Positions 1 to 11,350 of a DNA stretch of 64,000 nucleotides are shown here, in pieces. The notes under the pieces are model-generated. The model was given only the letters and a program-made list of their open reading frames with translations, was not told where the DNA came from and made no database searches. The position numbers and the translations under genes were made by a program. Numbering within the stretch: the stretch's first letter is position 1; every line of letters starts with the position of its first letter. Source of the DNA: Nitrosopumilus sp. (GTDB taxonomy: Archaea > Thermoproteota > Nitrososphaeria > Nitrososphaerales > Nitrosopumilaceae); contig OZ244651.1 of NCBI GenBank assembly GCA_965218695.1, forward strand, positions 736,001-800,000, given 5' to 3'.

Positions 1-1
1 C

Positions 2-1210
2 GTGTCGCAGCAGCTTGCCCCGTCAGACGAGACCGTGGGAACACACATCGACATGCCAGGGGCCGTCCATATTGGAGAGGAATTCCCATACGTAATACAC
101 GAGATAAACCGCAATGGCGTGCCATTGAGGCTGGCAGACGCGCCGGACGTCTCGTTCGGGGACGGCGTCATAGAAGGCAGTAAAGGCAGGTTTGTCGCGG
201 AAGGCACGGACGAGACGAAGACAATTACGGTGATTGGAGTCGGGGAACCGATAACCGAGACAATCGAGGTCGGCAAAAACAAGTTGGACTTTGAACCCAA
301 ACTCGAAGACGAAGATCACAGGGTGGGTGAGACGATTCTGCTGAGGCTGATATCTGACGTGGCAGGCGTGGATTACACCATAGCGTGGCCCTCGTGGCTA
401 GAGTACGAGGAGGTCGGCGACAACGAGTACGAAATCACGCCCACGCGCGAGATCAACGGCACCATAAGCATTTCAGGCGAAAAAAAGGGATATGAAACAG
501 AGCGTTATTCCGTAAACATATCTGCCATCCATGAAGTGAATCTTAGCGCCAGGGCGGAGGCAGGTGGCAGGTCGCTTGCGCTGGAGCCGGAGATAACCAA
601 CATAGGAAGCAACGACGAGGCAGTAGACCCGCCGTACACGGGCCCGCCGATATACGTGAGAGTGGCGTACCCGATGGAACACGTGACGACTGCCGGGGAC
701 GGGTACCTGTTTGCGGGCGTGGATGTTGACGGCGATCTCGAGCCAGTGCCGGAATTCGAGAAATACGTGGAAAGGGACATGCGCATAGTCGGACAGTACG
801 AGCGCCAGATATTCATCGATGTAGCCGATGCCCAAGGCAGCGGCGTGTTCAGGATGGGAGACGAGGTTCATATCCACGCGCCAGACAAGCCAAAACTACT
901 CTTTTTCATAACCGAGGTGTTCAGCCATTGGGAGGGGGATCTTTCAGGACGCGGGCCCGGACCCTTCGTGCTGGTCGCGGAAAAAGACCTGAATGCCAGG
1001 GCGGTGTATGTAGAGGACCACAGCGTCTGGATGGGAACCGTGTTCGTTGTGATGGCAGCAGTAGCCGTGCTTGCGGTGTTCCGCAGGTCGGACCGCCTGA
1101 AATGGATGTTTGGCGGCCTGTCCGGAATGGGCAAGACAAGGCCCGAGAGGAGAAAGAGGAGGCCCCTGGGGGGATCAGGTGCGACGGACGGGGCAAACGA
1201 TGGGTCATGA
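2..1210 (+). CDS. Secreted/surface protein with C-terminal TM anchor (5' partial), ICE-associated hypothetical
   Basis: 402-aa frame open from the window edge. Acidic, beta-rich sequence; C-terminal TM (VWMGTVFVVMAAVAVLAVF) plus basic tail. ATGA overlap with the next gene. Confidence 0.7.
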   Translation: MSQQLAPSDETVGTHIDMPGAVHIGEEFPYVIHEINRNGVPLRLADAPDVSFGDGVIEGSKGRFVAEGTDETKTITVIGVGEPITETIEVGKNKLDFEPKLEDEDHRVGETILLRLISDVAGVDYTIAWPSWLEYEEVGDNEYEITPTREINGTISISGEKKGYETERYSVNISAIHEVNLSARAEAGGRSLALEPEITNIGSNDEAVDPPYTGPPIYVRVAYPMEHVTTAGDGYLFAGVDVDGDLEPVPEFEKYVERDMRIVGQYERQIFIDVADAQGSGVFRMGDEVHIHAPDKPKLLFFITEVFSHWEGDLSGRGPGPFVLVAEKDLNARAVYVEDHSVWMGTVFVVMAAVAVLAVFRRSDRLKWMFGGLSGMGKTRPERRKRRPLGGSGATDGANDGS

Positions 1211-3203
1211 GGACCACACTTGGCATGATCTGCGTGCTTGCATGCGCGCTGGCAGCGCTTCCGCCTGACTCGTACGCCCAGCTCGAGAACCCGTCGATTT
1301 CCTGCAGCGTCAGCGTGCGGGCATATGCCGCGCCAGGCGTGCTGTTTGACGGCGGGGACCGACGCAACCCGGACAAGTCACTGTACCCGGGCGATGCTGC
1401 GCACTACCTGTTCGTGTACGGGGGCTCGGACGCCTGCCTCAGGTTCAAAGTCAACGAACTGAACTCGTACGGCGCCATAAAAGTGGTTGACCACGACGTG
1501 GCCCGGGCGGTAAGCGTGACGGGTTTGGAGCCAGGCGACCCGCCACCCGAACTGAGTCAGGGGACCCACAGCCACAGCGCGTTTGACGTCAGGGTTGAAT
1601 GGATTGAATCCGGCGATGATGGCGATGGTGAGGAACCGCACGCCGAGTGGAGCACGCCGTCGGCTGCGCACGGCGGCCACCATTATCCGGTGTACGAGGA
1701 CGACGAGTCCGCAGAGGCGTTCTTGGAGTTCGTAAAAGACAGGTGCACGTCAGAGCAGCGCTATGCGGGCTGCGCGTGGGGGCACATCGAGGTGGACACC
1801 GACGCCACAGACCGGGTCTGCCTGCACGAGCACATGAAGAGCGAGGGGATTGGCATTCCAGAGGATCTTCCAGACCAGTGCAGGAACCGCAACTACATCA
1901 CGATGTCAGTCGAGGGAGACGGGAAGAGGTGCAAAAGGAACCCCGAGGGCGGCTGGGAATGCGTCAGGTTCACCCGCACGAACACGGCGACTGTGAGGCT
2001 CGACGTGCTGGAGCCGAGCCTGGAACTTGAACTCTCCAAGCCGCCGTTGTATGACGCGTACGGCTTTGAGGCGCAGAACCTGGACGGCACGTACTACCTG
2101 CACGACCCGGTGCACGTCGTGCACCATCCCGTATTCCAGTGGAAGGACGACCGCGGCGGCACCATAAAATTCAAGGCGTACAGGCACTGGTGCCCTGATG
2201 ACGGGGGGTGCTCAGAGCATGAAAGGGGGACGCAGGTGCCGATAGTCAAGACCCTTGACTGCGCGTCTGACAGGTGCAACGAGGCATTTTCGATGCCAGG
2301 ACTTACCGACACGATATGGAGACTGGGAAACGGCGACGGCCAGACGGCGTACAACGCCACAGACTCCTCGTGGCTCGGCCTGCACCACCTGCAGTACAGG
2401 ATAGAGGTGTACAACATCGAGTACGATGAAGAGCGCATGCTGAACGTGACTGAAGGCAGCACCACCGCAAAAACAGTCGTGTTTGATCCGGTGTTCGAAT
2501 CTGCAACATACCCCGTGCTTGCAGACGACGGCAAGTTCGGCTACGAGAACAGGTTCGCCCTGGCTTTGCGCTACCTTGGTTCCTGGGGAGGCGGGCCCGA
2601 TGATGCCAACATGACCGAGCCGTACGAGTATCGCCGCGCCAGGATGGATGCAGCGTACGGGGCTGTCGGCGGGTATGACCCGGTGAATGTTACTGCCATG
2701 GCGTGGAATCTGACGTGGACCGAGGCCCCGCAGACGCCGCCGGGAGTGCTGGGGTACGGGGCGCAGGACCATCCGGGAGTGGCGTTTCATTCCACTTCTG
2801 AGCCGCTGCGCACCGGCATAGTGCCGCGGTATGGCGACGACGACGACGGCGGCGGCGGCGGCGATAACGACGAGGCTGCAATGTGGCCCAAAGCCGGATA
2901 CGGCAGGATATTCTTTGACTTTCCGGATCTTGCGCGGTACCGTCTTGGCAACGTCACGGCAAATTACCTCAACGCCACGGCGTACGTCTATACGGTGGCG
3001 CGCGACTTTGCAGGCGAAAGGGCGCGCGTGATGGATTCGGGGCTGTACACGTATCCTGATGCCCCGTTCCACCACAGGCTCGTGATAGAATCCGTTGGTG
3101 CAGACGGGAAGATCCGGCCGATCCCGCTGACGCTGAAGGCCGTGCAGCGCACTGACTTTGGCGCGACTACCCTTGCAGACTATGTGCATGAAAAGATGAT
3201 GCA

Positions 3204-4495
3204 TAGTCGGGGACATAATGTTTCGCTCTTTTTCCCGTCCAGACTGTAGCTACCGCCCATCTTAGAATTATACCAAGTTGGCAGGGTACAGGGATGTAAT
3301 CTGACTAAGTTTGTTGCAAGAATTTCCGGGAATGCCTTTACGGCGTAAGATATTTCATCATCTTGACCGGCTTCATCTCGCCTGAGTTGATTATTCTCTT
3401 GACGACATCCACGACTTCATCTGTTGTTTTGAACTGCCGCCCGGCAAGTGTTTTCTTGAGCACCCTCCACTGGACCTCGATGGGGTTGAGCTGTGGGGTG
3501 TACGGCGGGAGGAATATCAGCCGTATGTCCCCGTTGGTACCATTTACAAAATCCGTGACCGTGTCGGTCTTGTGGTATGACGCGTTGTCCAAGATCATGA
3601 CAAATTTCCCGTACGTCTGGCGCATGTCCGTCAGGAAATCCTTGAACGTCTCGGAATTTGTGTACTCTACGTCCTTTACGTGGATCCTCTCAGATGACAG
3701 CGCGCCAAACATCCGGGATGACTTTGTGCTGAACGCCGTGTCTACCGTATTGCCGCCTCCGATTGGCCTCCACCCGTACCCGGCGCTTGCCCCCAGCTGG
3801 ACTGCGACCTCGTCTCCTGCAAGTACCGTGCGTCCACTCGAAATCATGCCTAGGATAGACTCGGTCGTCTCCTCCTTGAACCGCTTTTGTTCTTCTGCCG
3901 TGGCAGACCTGCGGGGCACGGGTCTTGGTTTCGTGTATGAGAATCCGAGCCGGCGCAATACCCGTCGCAGCGTACGGGCGCTGGCGCCCATGCCGATCCA
4001 GTCCATGATTACACCAAGCAGCATCCTTGTGCTCCATGACGCGGACTCGAACCCGAATTTTGACGGCGCCTCCAGGAGCCAGGCCTTTATCATCCAAACC
4101 GAGCGTTCTCCCAGCATCCTCCTTCTTCCGGTAGACTTTTTGTCAAACCTGCCTGCCAGCCCGCGCCTGGTGACCCTTACCAGCCAGCCGCGTATGGTGG
4201 AATACGGCTTCATCATCGCACTCGATATGGCGTGCAGGCTCATCCCGGCTTTTCTCTTGTGGCATGCAACCAATATGTCCCGCGCCTTGCCGGACGGCGT
4301 CTGGTTAATCATCCGGAGGATCTCATCTTGGTTTGTATCCTGCAGGAATTCGTTGCCCTTGGGCAGCCTGTCTTTCCTGCACAGCGCCTTTGAAAATATC
4401 ATGCCAATTTTCAATATGTCCTAGGATCAAAGTTTTTCGGTTGTTTGCTCACAAATCCGCACCGTCAAATTAGCGAAACATTATGTCCCCGACTA
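3204..4495 (-). mobile_element. IS630-family insertion sequence
   Basis: Perfect inverted repeats TAGTCGGGGACATAATGTTTCGCT / AGCGAAACATTATGTCCCCGACTA, with TGCA on both flanks (3200-3203, 4496-4499). Confidence 0.93.
3338..4414 (-). CDS. IS630-family transposase (HTH + DDE_3)
   Basis: Motifs GDEVAV, ILDNASYH, LPPYTPQLNPIE. Confidence 0.93.
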   Translation of the reverse strand: MKIGMIFSKALCRKDRLPKGNEFLQDTNQDEILRMINQTPSGKARDILVACHKRKAGMSLHAISSAMMKPYSTIRGWLVRVTRRGLAGRFDKKSTGRRRMLGERSVWMIKAWLLEAPSKFGFESASWSTRMLLGVIMDWIGMGASARTLRRVLRRLGFSYTKPRPVPRRSATAEEQKRFKEETTESILGMISSGRTVLAGDEVAVQLGASAGYGWRPIGGGNTVDTAFSTKSSRMFGALSSERIHVKDVEYTNSETFKDFLTDMRQTYGKFVMILDNASYHKTDTVTDFVNGTNGDIRLIFLPPYTPQLNPIEVQWRVLKKTLAGRQFKTTDEVVDVVKRIINSGEMKPVKMMKYLTP

Positions 4496-5504
4496 TGCAT
4501 GATACGGATGATGCCGGGTTTGCCGACCTGGCCGTGCATGACACGTACCCGATGGAACTTGACATCCGAACCGACACGGGATACATTGACGCCAAGATAA
4601 GGCGCACGGCCTCGTGGTTTCCAAAGTTTACGCATGATGCGCACCAGGGGGACGAGGCGCCGGGCGGCCCGGGCAGGCTGCGCCCGTTCGAGTTTGCCGT
4701 GCCGGGACTAGGCGGGGCATCCGGCCTGCTGTTGCCCGGATTCGGGACATCGCCTGCGGGGGGATCGTTTCTTGGAATTGACGGCCTGCTGGGGATGGTG
4801 GCCGGAGAATCCCCGCCGTTTGGTGGCGGGGCATCAGGTGACGCCGTGGGGGGCGGGAATGCGGCATCGTACCGTCCGGACTTGGAGGCGCTGATGCGCC
4901 TGGAGGAGGCAACCATACAGCTTGGATACTCCGGGCCTGCAGAGAGATCGTTTGCGACGTACCTTGCGTTTCCGGACACGTCACGGCTGAACATTCCGCT
5001 GGCAACGGGCCTGGGCGTGGCATCCCCGCTAAACGTCACGTACGGGAATGACTTTTACACGCACCACCGGGAGCACACATATCCTGACTTTCACGGGGAC
5101 GCGACCGTACGGATTAACGCAGACCCCGGCAACGTCATGAACGCGACGCGGCACGGCAGCATACTGGTGATCGAGCCGGATGGAAACTTTGGCCCGATGC
5201 TCCACATAGGGATAAACGGGGACAGGTTTCCGTCTGCGATGGGCGTCATGGGCGACTGCACGTCTGGCTGCAAGTTCAATGTGGGATGGGGAGGCATCCA
5301 CGTGACAGGGTACAACCAGTGGGGCGGGCAGGCGCACTTTTATTCAGGGGAACAGGAGGAGCCGCCTCCGCCCCAGAGGCGACTGCAGTCGGACGAGGGA
5401 TCGCACTGGGATTGGCTGGTTGTTGCCGCGCTGGTGGCATTCGGGGTACTGGCGTACAGGTTGCTTGGAAACAGGATGCAGTACGGCGTCTGGTCGCTCG
5501 GGGG

Positions 5505-7448
5505 CTAAACCAGTCCGCCGATCATCTCCTTGATGTGTGGCAGTGCCACGCACAGCGCGGTTCCAAAGGTTGCCATCATGCAGACGTGCACGGTGTGCTT
5601 CATTGTAAAGTACGTTATCTTGGAGACAAGGAGCCCGATGAGTATGGTGCATTCGACTATGAGGAGGCTTGACTGTTTGGCCGTCTCTTCTGTCTGCTCC
5701 GGGGTGGGAAAGTTTATCGGCATTGCCTGGACGGCCTCCAGGTCGCCTGTGACGTTGCCGGTCATCTCCGAGGTTACAACCAGCATCGCCACCATGATTA
5801 TCGGTATGACGTATCCCATGACGACTGACCCGCGCAGCGACGCCATCATCTCACGCCTGGACTCGACATAGTCCTTGACAAAGTTTGTAAACGTCTGCAG
5901 GGAATGGGTGTCGCCGCCGCCGCTCTCCTGCACCTGCGAGAGTACAAAGAAGAGTACTCTTGAGAGCCATGACGTGGTGCGGGCCGACTCTGCAGCGGCT
6001 GCCAATGACTTGCCAAACATCATCTGCCTGGATATGTCGCGCAGTACGGGGCCGAGCGCGTCCCTTTGGCCGTTGCCTCTGGCCCGAGCCGTGACGGCCT
6101 CGTGTATCTCCATGCCCTCCAGCCTGCCGTCGGTGACAAACTGCGCAAACGCCGGCAGCGCGTCATCCATCCTTGATGTGCGAGAGAAGCGACTCCTTGC
6201 CATGAATGCGTTCGTGCCTGCCCATACTGCCGTCGCTGCCCCCAGGACTCCCCAGAGCGGCACGCCTGCAATCATGGCAACCGGAATCGACAGGAATGCC
6301 AGCACAAGCGGTGGGCGGTACAGCGGGACGGCATTGTGCGTCCGCGGCTGCTTGCCGTCGACTGCCACCAGCAGCACTATGATGATTATCGGGAGAAGTA
6401 TCATCACCATTATCGTCATGGACATGGCGTCTTTGCCGGTGGCCACAAACGTGGTAGCTATGGCCAGTATCGGCATGACTGCCATTACCAGCAGCACCAT
6501 CTGGGCGATTCCGTTTGCCTCGGCAGTATAGGACTTTACGCTGTTTCGCATAACGCGGAACGCAGATTCGGTGGCTGCAATCATCGTGTTTGCAGTGTTT
6601 GTGCCGCTCGTGTTGTATGCAGCCGAATAGTTCGTGACTATCTCCCTAAAGTCGTTGTTTGGGTGGGTCTCTGCCACCTTGCGCAGCGCCGTGGTGTGCG
6701 ACATCGCCATGTACCTGACGTTGCGCTGGAATATCAGGGCGTCTTGCCGCAGTATGGGAAAGAGCGCGGTACCGGACCTTGATATCCTTTCTATGAACTC
6801 GTAAAATGACACGCCGACCTTCTCCATTATGCTGGCGCACGCGATGAATACGGGCAGCTCGTGGCCTATTGCGGACTTGCGCTGCGACTTGGCGTTCTTC
6901 AGCTGGAGCAACCCGCTGAACAGTATGGCAACTGGAACGGCGCACAGCCCCAGAAAGCCGGGGTGGAAGAGCATGGCAAGTGCGGCCGCTGCTGCGACTG
7001 ACGGCGGCGCGGACAGCATGGCGTACATTATGCCGTGCCTGGCAATCCTCATGGAGTCGTTGGCGTGTCCGGACTCGAATATCGCCGTGCGCGTCTTTCC
7101 GACCAGGTACTCTTCCAGTCTGCGCACGGGGGCAATTGACATGAAGGGCTTTAGCATCGTCATGGCGCGGTCCGCCGTCACGGGTTGTGCCTCAAGGAGC
7201 GCGCCGAAGCGTCCGTGCCTGACTGCGATGCCAGAACCCGCCGCCTGTGGCTCTTCTTCCCCCTTGTGCGTCCTTGAGAACAACGGCCTGATCCTCTCAC
7301 GAAAGATGGCTGCAATGTCGGTCTGCGTGAGGACCATGAGCGTGATGAATACTGGTGTGGAGATGGCAAACAAGCCGGACTGGCCGAGTGCCATGAATGC
7401 GCCCATGATGCCGAGCATTCCAAGCAGCGAGGTTACGGGGAGGCGCAT
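5505..7448 (-). CDS. Type II secretion system F-family / TadC-ArlJ-like pilus assembly platform protein
   Basis: Polytopic membrane protein with two cytoplasmic domains (IGHELPVFIAC, MDDALPAFAQFVTD, ISRQMMFGKSLAAA). Divergent from a pilin. Start placed at ATG 7448, about 25 nt from a TATA-like TTTAAG. Confidence 0.8.
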   Translation of the reverse strand: MRLPVTSLLGMLGIMGAFMALGQSGLFAISTPVFITLMVLTQTDIAAIFRERIRPLFSRTHKGEEEPQAAGSGIAVRHGRFGALLEAQPVTADRAMTMLKPFMSIAPVRRLEEYLVGKTRTAIFESGHANDSMRIARHGIMYAMLSAPPSVAAAAALAMLFHPGFLGLCAVPVAILFSGLLQLKNAKSQRKSAIGHELPVFIACASIMEKVGVSFYEFIERISRSGTALFPILRQDALIFQRNVRYMAMSHTTALRKVAETHPNNDFREIVTNYSAAYNTSGTNTANTMIAATESAFRVMRNSVKSYTAEANGIAQMVLLVMAVMPILAIATTFVATGKDAMSMTIMVMILLPIIIIVLLVAVDGKQPRTHNAVPLYRPPLVLAFLSIPVAMIAGVPLWGVLGAATAVWAGTNAFMARSRFSRTSRMDDALPAFAQFVTDGRLEGMEIHEAVTARARGNGQRDALGPVLRDISRQMMFGKSLAAAAESARTTSWLSRVLFFVLSQVQESGGGDTHSLQTFTNFVKDYVESRREMMASLRGSVVMGYVIPIIMVAMLVVTSEMTGNVTGDLEAVQAMPINFPTPEQTEETAKQSSLLIVECTILIGLLVSKITYFTMKHTVHVCMMATFGTALCVALPHIKEMIGGLV

Positions 7449-7528
7449 AAATGCGAGGCTTGACGTGCTTAAAAACGGGGGTTCCGCGTGAAAGGCCGCC
7501 CTTATAAGCAAACCATTTTTGCAGTTTA
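7449..7528. promoter_or_regulatory. Divergent archaeal promoters (TadC-like / pilin)
   Basis: CTTATAAG at 7501, about 27 nt before the pilin ATG; TTTTTAAG on the minus strand, about 25 nt before ATG 7448. Leaderless spacing. Confidence 0.55.
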
Positions 7529-8152
7529 ATGAAGTCCACAATAACAAAGTCCACAACAACGAAGAGGGGGAGGAGGAGGGCCGTATCGGCAATCATCGGA
7601 ATCATGCTCGGCCTCGGCCTGACGGCAGTGGCTGCAGGCGGACTGTACGTGATGACCAGCGACCTTTCTGACAGCGCGGTGTCCATAAATTCCGTGGAGG
7701 TGCAAAATGTCAGGGCATACAATACAGGAAACGAGGCATACGTGTCACTGAGCGTCAAGAATACGGGCACGGATGCTGCAACAGACTTGAGTGCAGTTGT
7801 GCTGCTTGCATGCAATGGCGAGGCCAGCGCAGAGGCCACGCTCACCGATGCTGCCCTCAAGGCAGCAACCACGGACTGTGTTGCAGCCCAGTATGCCAAT
7901 CCTCCGACGGCAGCCGTGAATCCGGGAACGCTAGTATCGATGCCCGTGGGTGCGACCATATCCAACTTGGCACCGGGTGAAACCTCCAGCGTGTCAGGAG
8001 GGGTGGCAATCACAGATGCTGCCAGTACGACCGAGCGGGACCCGGGAGAAAATATCGCGTTTGCGGTAGGAAAAGAGTACCTCATAGAGATATCAGGCAC
8101 GACATCGTCAGGCGAGCCTATCGTCCAGACTGCCACAGTCCGCGTACGATAA
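7529..8152 (+). CDS. Archaeal type IV pilin (class III signal peptide)
   Basis: KRGRRRA|VSAIIGIMLGLGLTAVAAGGLYV N-terminus, then SVKNTG motif. Confidence 0.88.
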   Translation: MKSTITKSTTTKRGRRRAVSAIIGIMLGLGLTAVAAGGLYVMTSDLSDSAVSINSVEVQNVRAYNTGNEAYVSLSVKNTGTDAATDLSAVVLLACNGEASAEATLTDAALKAATTDCVAAQYANPPTAAVNPGTLVSMPVGATISNLAPGETSSVSGGVAITDAASTTERDPGENIAFAVGKEYLIEISGTTSSGEPIVQTATVRVR

Positions 8153-8159
8153 CCTCGAT

Positions 8160-8168
8160 CTTTTTTTT
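8160..8168 (+). terminator. Oligo-T archaeal terminator after the pilin
   Basis: T8 tract 8 nt after the stop codon. Confidence 0.55.
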
Positions 8169-8642
8169 GATTCGCAGGGGGCGGCCCCGGTTTTTGCCGC
8201 CGTACTTGCTGCACGTATCGTTAGCAGGGACGTCCCATTTGGTGTTGGCATGCGCAGGCCGAGTGAGGCGTCTTTGAATGTTTTTCCCCGCTTAAATAAC
8301 ACGATGAAAACCTGGATTTGATGAAATCCGTGCCGTCTGCGCTTGCCATGTCTGCAAGATCGAGGCTCAACGTCATTCGGCGATACTAATCGCCACTTTT
8401 TTGATATTGCAGACGCTCGCGGCATCAACCGGTGTTTGAAAGAGCGCCGAGGATCCCTAAAGGCGCCTGATGCGGGGAATCTTCATCCCGGCCGTGTCTA
8501 TGGAACTCTGGCACGTCCCGTGCATTTCAATGATGTTTGGTAGGGCAGGACATGCACGGCATGGATGCCGAATGCTTGGGAACGACTAGCTGGTCTGCAG
8601 GCCTGAATTCGTCCCCTTAAATGCCAAGTCAGTCTCCAAGAC

Positions 8643-10586
8643 ATGGCAGAGCGGCGCGGAGCCATATCGGCAATGTTGATGTTTCTCGTACTGTTGGCTG
8701 TGATTGCCGCAGTTATCGTAATCAGCCAGGGGATAGTAGTCAAGGTGGGGCTTGAGCTGCCCACCATCCTGACAGACATGCCGACGTTTTACGAGTACGA
8801 CGGCTCCGGCAGCCGCGCAATCGAGGCAAAGATATGCGACTACGACGGCAACGCGATTCTCCAATGCAGATGGGAGACTGACAGGTGCAACAACCCGTCA
8901 GATCTGTTGCACGACCCTAAAGACTGCCACATGAAGCCGAGCCATTACGTTGACTTCTATTGGCTGCTGGCAGGCATAGGCGTATCCATAATGTTGATCG
9001 TGCTGTCGGTGGCCGTCTTGCAGTACATCGCCGAAGGCACGGGCTTTGCTGACAAAAGCAGGGCAATCGAGAACGTCAAAAGGATCATTCCGTATATCGT
9101 CATCATACTGATCATTCCGACAATATGGGATCCGTTTGCCATAATGATTGAAAACGCCGCGCTCTTCCTCATGGCCCCGTTCCCGCCAGAAGCCGATTCC
9201 TTCATAGACGCAGGGCTAGTCGGGGTCTTTGTGGACGGGGAGACGATCCGCGGACAGGCGCAGCTGCGCAGCGCATGGCTTATGATGGAGGCAGGAAGCA
9301 TAATCCCGCCCAGTGTCTGGCAGCCAGAAACGCTGGCAGGGTTTATCTTTGATCCTGCAAAGGCGGTCAACAACGTGCTGACCGGCGCGTTTTTGGGAGT
9401 CTTCAAGGCGTACGTGGTCATCATGCTCGGCCTGGAGATGTGGGTGTCCGGAGTGGTGCGCGTCATGGCGACCATGATGACGGTGATGGCGATGCCGATA
9501 ATGCTCCCGCTGTCGCTGATTCCAAAGTTTGGCGAGACGACAAAAAAGATCACCGACGCCATATTTGGACTGTCCATAGCCCCGATATTTTCGGCGCTGG
9601 TCTTTACCATCGGCCTGGCGTATCTGTCGGCATCAAGGTCAGATGACGAGCTGCTGCGCTGGCTGCAGGCAGTATGCGTGTGCTTTTTGTGCTCGGCTGC
9701 CGTCACCACGCTGGCAGGCGGGTTCTTCATGAATGCCGAGTCCAAGGTGAGGGACGCGCTAAAGACTGCGCTGACGTCGGCCTCGATGACTGTTGCTGCT
9801 GTTGCCTCCGGCGGGGCGGGCGCGGCTGCCGGTCTTGGCGCTGCCGGTGCAGGAATCGGGGGGAATGTCGCAGGCATTGCCGCCAAGGGCGCAGCCGGAG
9901 TCGTGTCTGCCACGGTACAGACTGCGACCCAGACTGCGGCACTGTCTAGCGGCAAGTCCAGTCATTCCGGTCCGTCGTCAGGTGCGCCCAAAATAATGCC
10001 TGATGCAACGCAGGCAGGAACCACAACTGACGGCGGTTATGTACCGGGATCATTTGTAGCAGCAGGGGCCGGACGCGATACGGCACAGGCAGATATGCTT
10101 GGTGCCGCGCCAGATGCCGCGCCAGATGCCGCGCCAGGGACAAGGCAGAGGGGAGGCGATACTGTCGTTGCAGACGGCGGCATGGATGCTCTGCCCAAGG
10201 AGGCCAAGAACAGGCAGGGCAAGGCAGTAAAGAGGCCAGAGAGACTGCGCACGTCCGGACCGTCAAAGTGGGACTATGCCAAGGCGTTTCTCATGGGCGC
10301 GATATCTGGAGGGGTCGCACCAATGATGCAGGGTTCGATGCCGGGTGCGGCCGGCATGGACAAGATGGTCGCCCCGCTGTCAAAAAAGGCCACTGCCGTA
10401 AGCGCAGATCAGGTCAAAATGCAGAACAAGGAGTTTCGGGATTCGTCTGATTACTTTGAGGCACTAAAAGACCAGAATGAATCCGACAGGCTGGCCAATG
10501 CAGGCGAGAAGATGAACAAGGAAGGCATTAAGAGAGAAAACAAAGACGATGACTCCGACGGGAGAACGCCGGGATACATCGGATAA
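8643..10586 (+). CDS. VirB6/TrbL-like polytopic conjugation membrane protein with pilin-like N-terminus
   Basis: Multiple TM helices, then a Gly/Ala-rich (AVASGGAGAAAGLGAAGAG) low-complexity tail typical of TrbL/VirB6. N-terminus ERRGA|ISAMLMFLVLLAVI. Confidence 0.7.
   Translation: MAERRGAISAMLMFLVLLAVIAAVIVISQGIVVKVGLELPTILTDMPTFYEYDGSGSRAIEAKICDYDGNAILQCRWETDRCNNPSDLLHDPKDCHMKPSHYVDFYWLLAGIGVSIMLIVLSVAVLQYIAEGTGFADKSRAIENVKRIIPYIVIILIIPTIWDPFAIMIENAALFLMAPFPPEADSFIDAGLVGVFVDGETIRGQAQLRSAWLMMEAGSIIPPSVWQPETLAGFIFDPAKAVNNVLTGAFLGVFKAYVVIMLGLEMWVSGVVRVMATMMTVMAMPIMLPLSLIPKFGETTKKITDAIFGLSIAPIFSALVFTIGLAYLSASRSDDELLRWLQAVCVCFLCSAAVTTLAGGFFMNAESKVRDALKTALTSASMTVAAVASGGAGAAAGLGAAGAGIGGNVAGIAAKGAAGVVSATVQTATQTAALSSGKSSHSGPSSGAPKIMPDATQAGTTTDGGYVPGSFVAAGAGRDTAQADMLGAAPDAAPDAAPGTRQRGGDTVVADGGMDALPKEAKNRQGKAVKRPERLRTSGPSKWDYAKAFLMGAISGGVAPMMQGSMPGAAGMDKMVAPLSKKATAVSADQVKMQNKEFRDSSDYFEALKDQNESDRLANAGEKMNKEGIKRENKDDDSDGRTPGYIG
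10103..10137 (+). repeat. 12-bp tandem repeat x3 (AAPD peptide) in the VirB6-like tail
   Basis: TGCCGCGCCAGA repeated. Confidence 0.8.
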
Positions 10587-10785
10587 ACATGCCTGCCATT
10601 GCTTAATGCATGGATGCCTGCGATTTAACGCCGCCGCCTTCAAGACAGACCTGTTTTCAGATTTTGTCTACGGGTAACTCGGTTAGTGTCGAACCGGTAT
10701 CTGTCGGGCTAAATAGCCCGAGCCCAAGTTGGCAATTTGTTTGATCCGGGAAAATCACCCTCAAGGACAACAGATGGCATCAAGC

Positions 10786-11055
10786 CTATGGAAACGCTAC
10801 ATCTATCGGCCTGCTCATGAAATATCCGTCAGGCATTCTGTTCTTTTTTACTATGATGTCGTGCGACGTGTCGCGTATCATCCTCCTGATATCCTCGGCT
10901 GTCTCCGGCAGCAGGTTCTTCCAGTCTATGGTGGATTCCCACCTCTTGGCGTAACGCCTGGCGTTTTCTTTTCTGGACAGGTTCCTGCCGTGCTGAGTCG
11001 AGTTCCATTCCTCATCAGACATAAGATCCATGATAATAAAACTGCAGAATATCAT
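10786..11055 (-). CDS. Hypothetical protein
   Basis: 89-aa ORF with charged globular composition; no motif recognised. Confidence 0.35.
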   Translation of the reverse strand: MIFCSFIIMDLMSDEEWNSTQHGRNLSRKENARRYAKRWESTIDWKNLLPETAEDIRRMIRDTSHDIIVKKNRMPDGYFMSRPIDVAFP

Positions 11056-11073
11056 TTAAGCATTATTTAATTG

Positions 11074-11350
11074 GGTTCTGTTAACTTATCGGCACCTGCC
11101 CACGCACGGATTTTGTTGGTTGTCGGCACGCATGTCGGGGTGTTAACCGTCGGCACCTGCCCCGCTACATCGACGAATTCGCCGGAAAGCACAACATCAG
11201 GAACATGGATATGGCGGACATGATAGCAGCGCTGGCGCGTGGCATGGTCGGTAAGCGGCTCACGTACGGGGACTTGCTCGGCCAAGGAACGACAGTAGCG
11301 GTTCGGCACGCCTTAACTTGTCGTCTGGTTCAGCCGATAAATCCGTGCAC
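11074..11350 (+). mobile_element. IS1595 (ISXO2-like) family remnant
   Basis: Plus strand at about 11163-11280 encodes RYIDEFAGKHNIRNMDMADMIAALARGMVGKRLTYGDL, resembling an IS1595 transposase C-terminus. End-like sequence GGTTCTGTTAACTTATCGGCACC at 11074. Confidence 0.65.

Larger units (their letters stand above)
1207..5508 (+). pseudogene. Large (~1000 aa) secreted, Cys-containing, C-terminally anchored protein split by an IS630 element
   Basis: ATG at 1207 gives a signal peptide (MRTTLGMICVLACALAALPPDSYAQ). Removing IS 3204-4495 and one target copy rejoins ...HEKMMH-DTDDAGF in frame with the 4483-5508 ORF, which ends in a TM helix. Confidence 0.8.

Noticed and set aside
3363-4424. 353-aa plus-strand ORF, and similar long antisense ORFs (2212-3216, 8957-9955, 12118-12933, 59441-60541)
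   Set aside because: They are shadows of well-supported genes on the opposite strand in GC-rich DNA and have no motifs.
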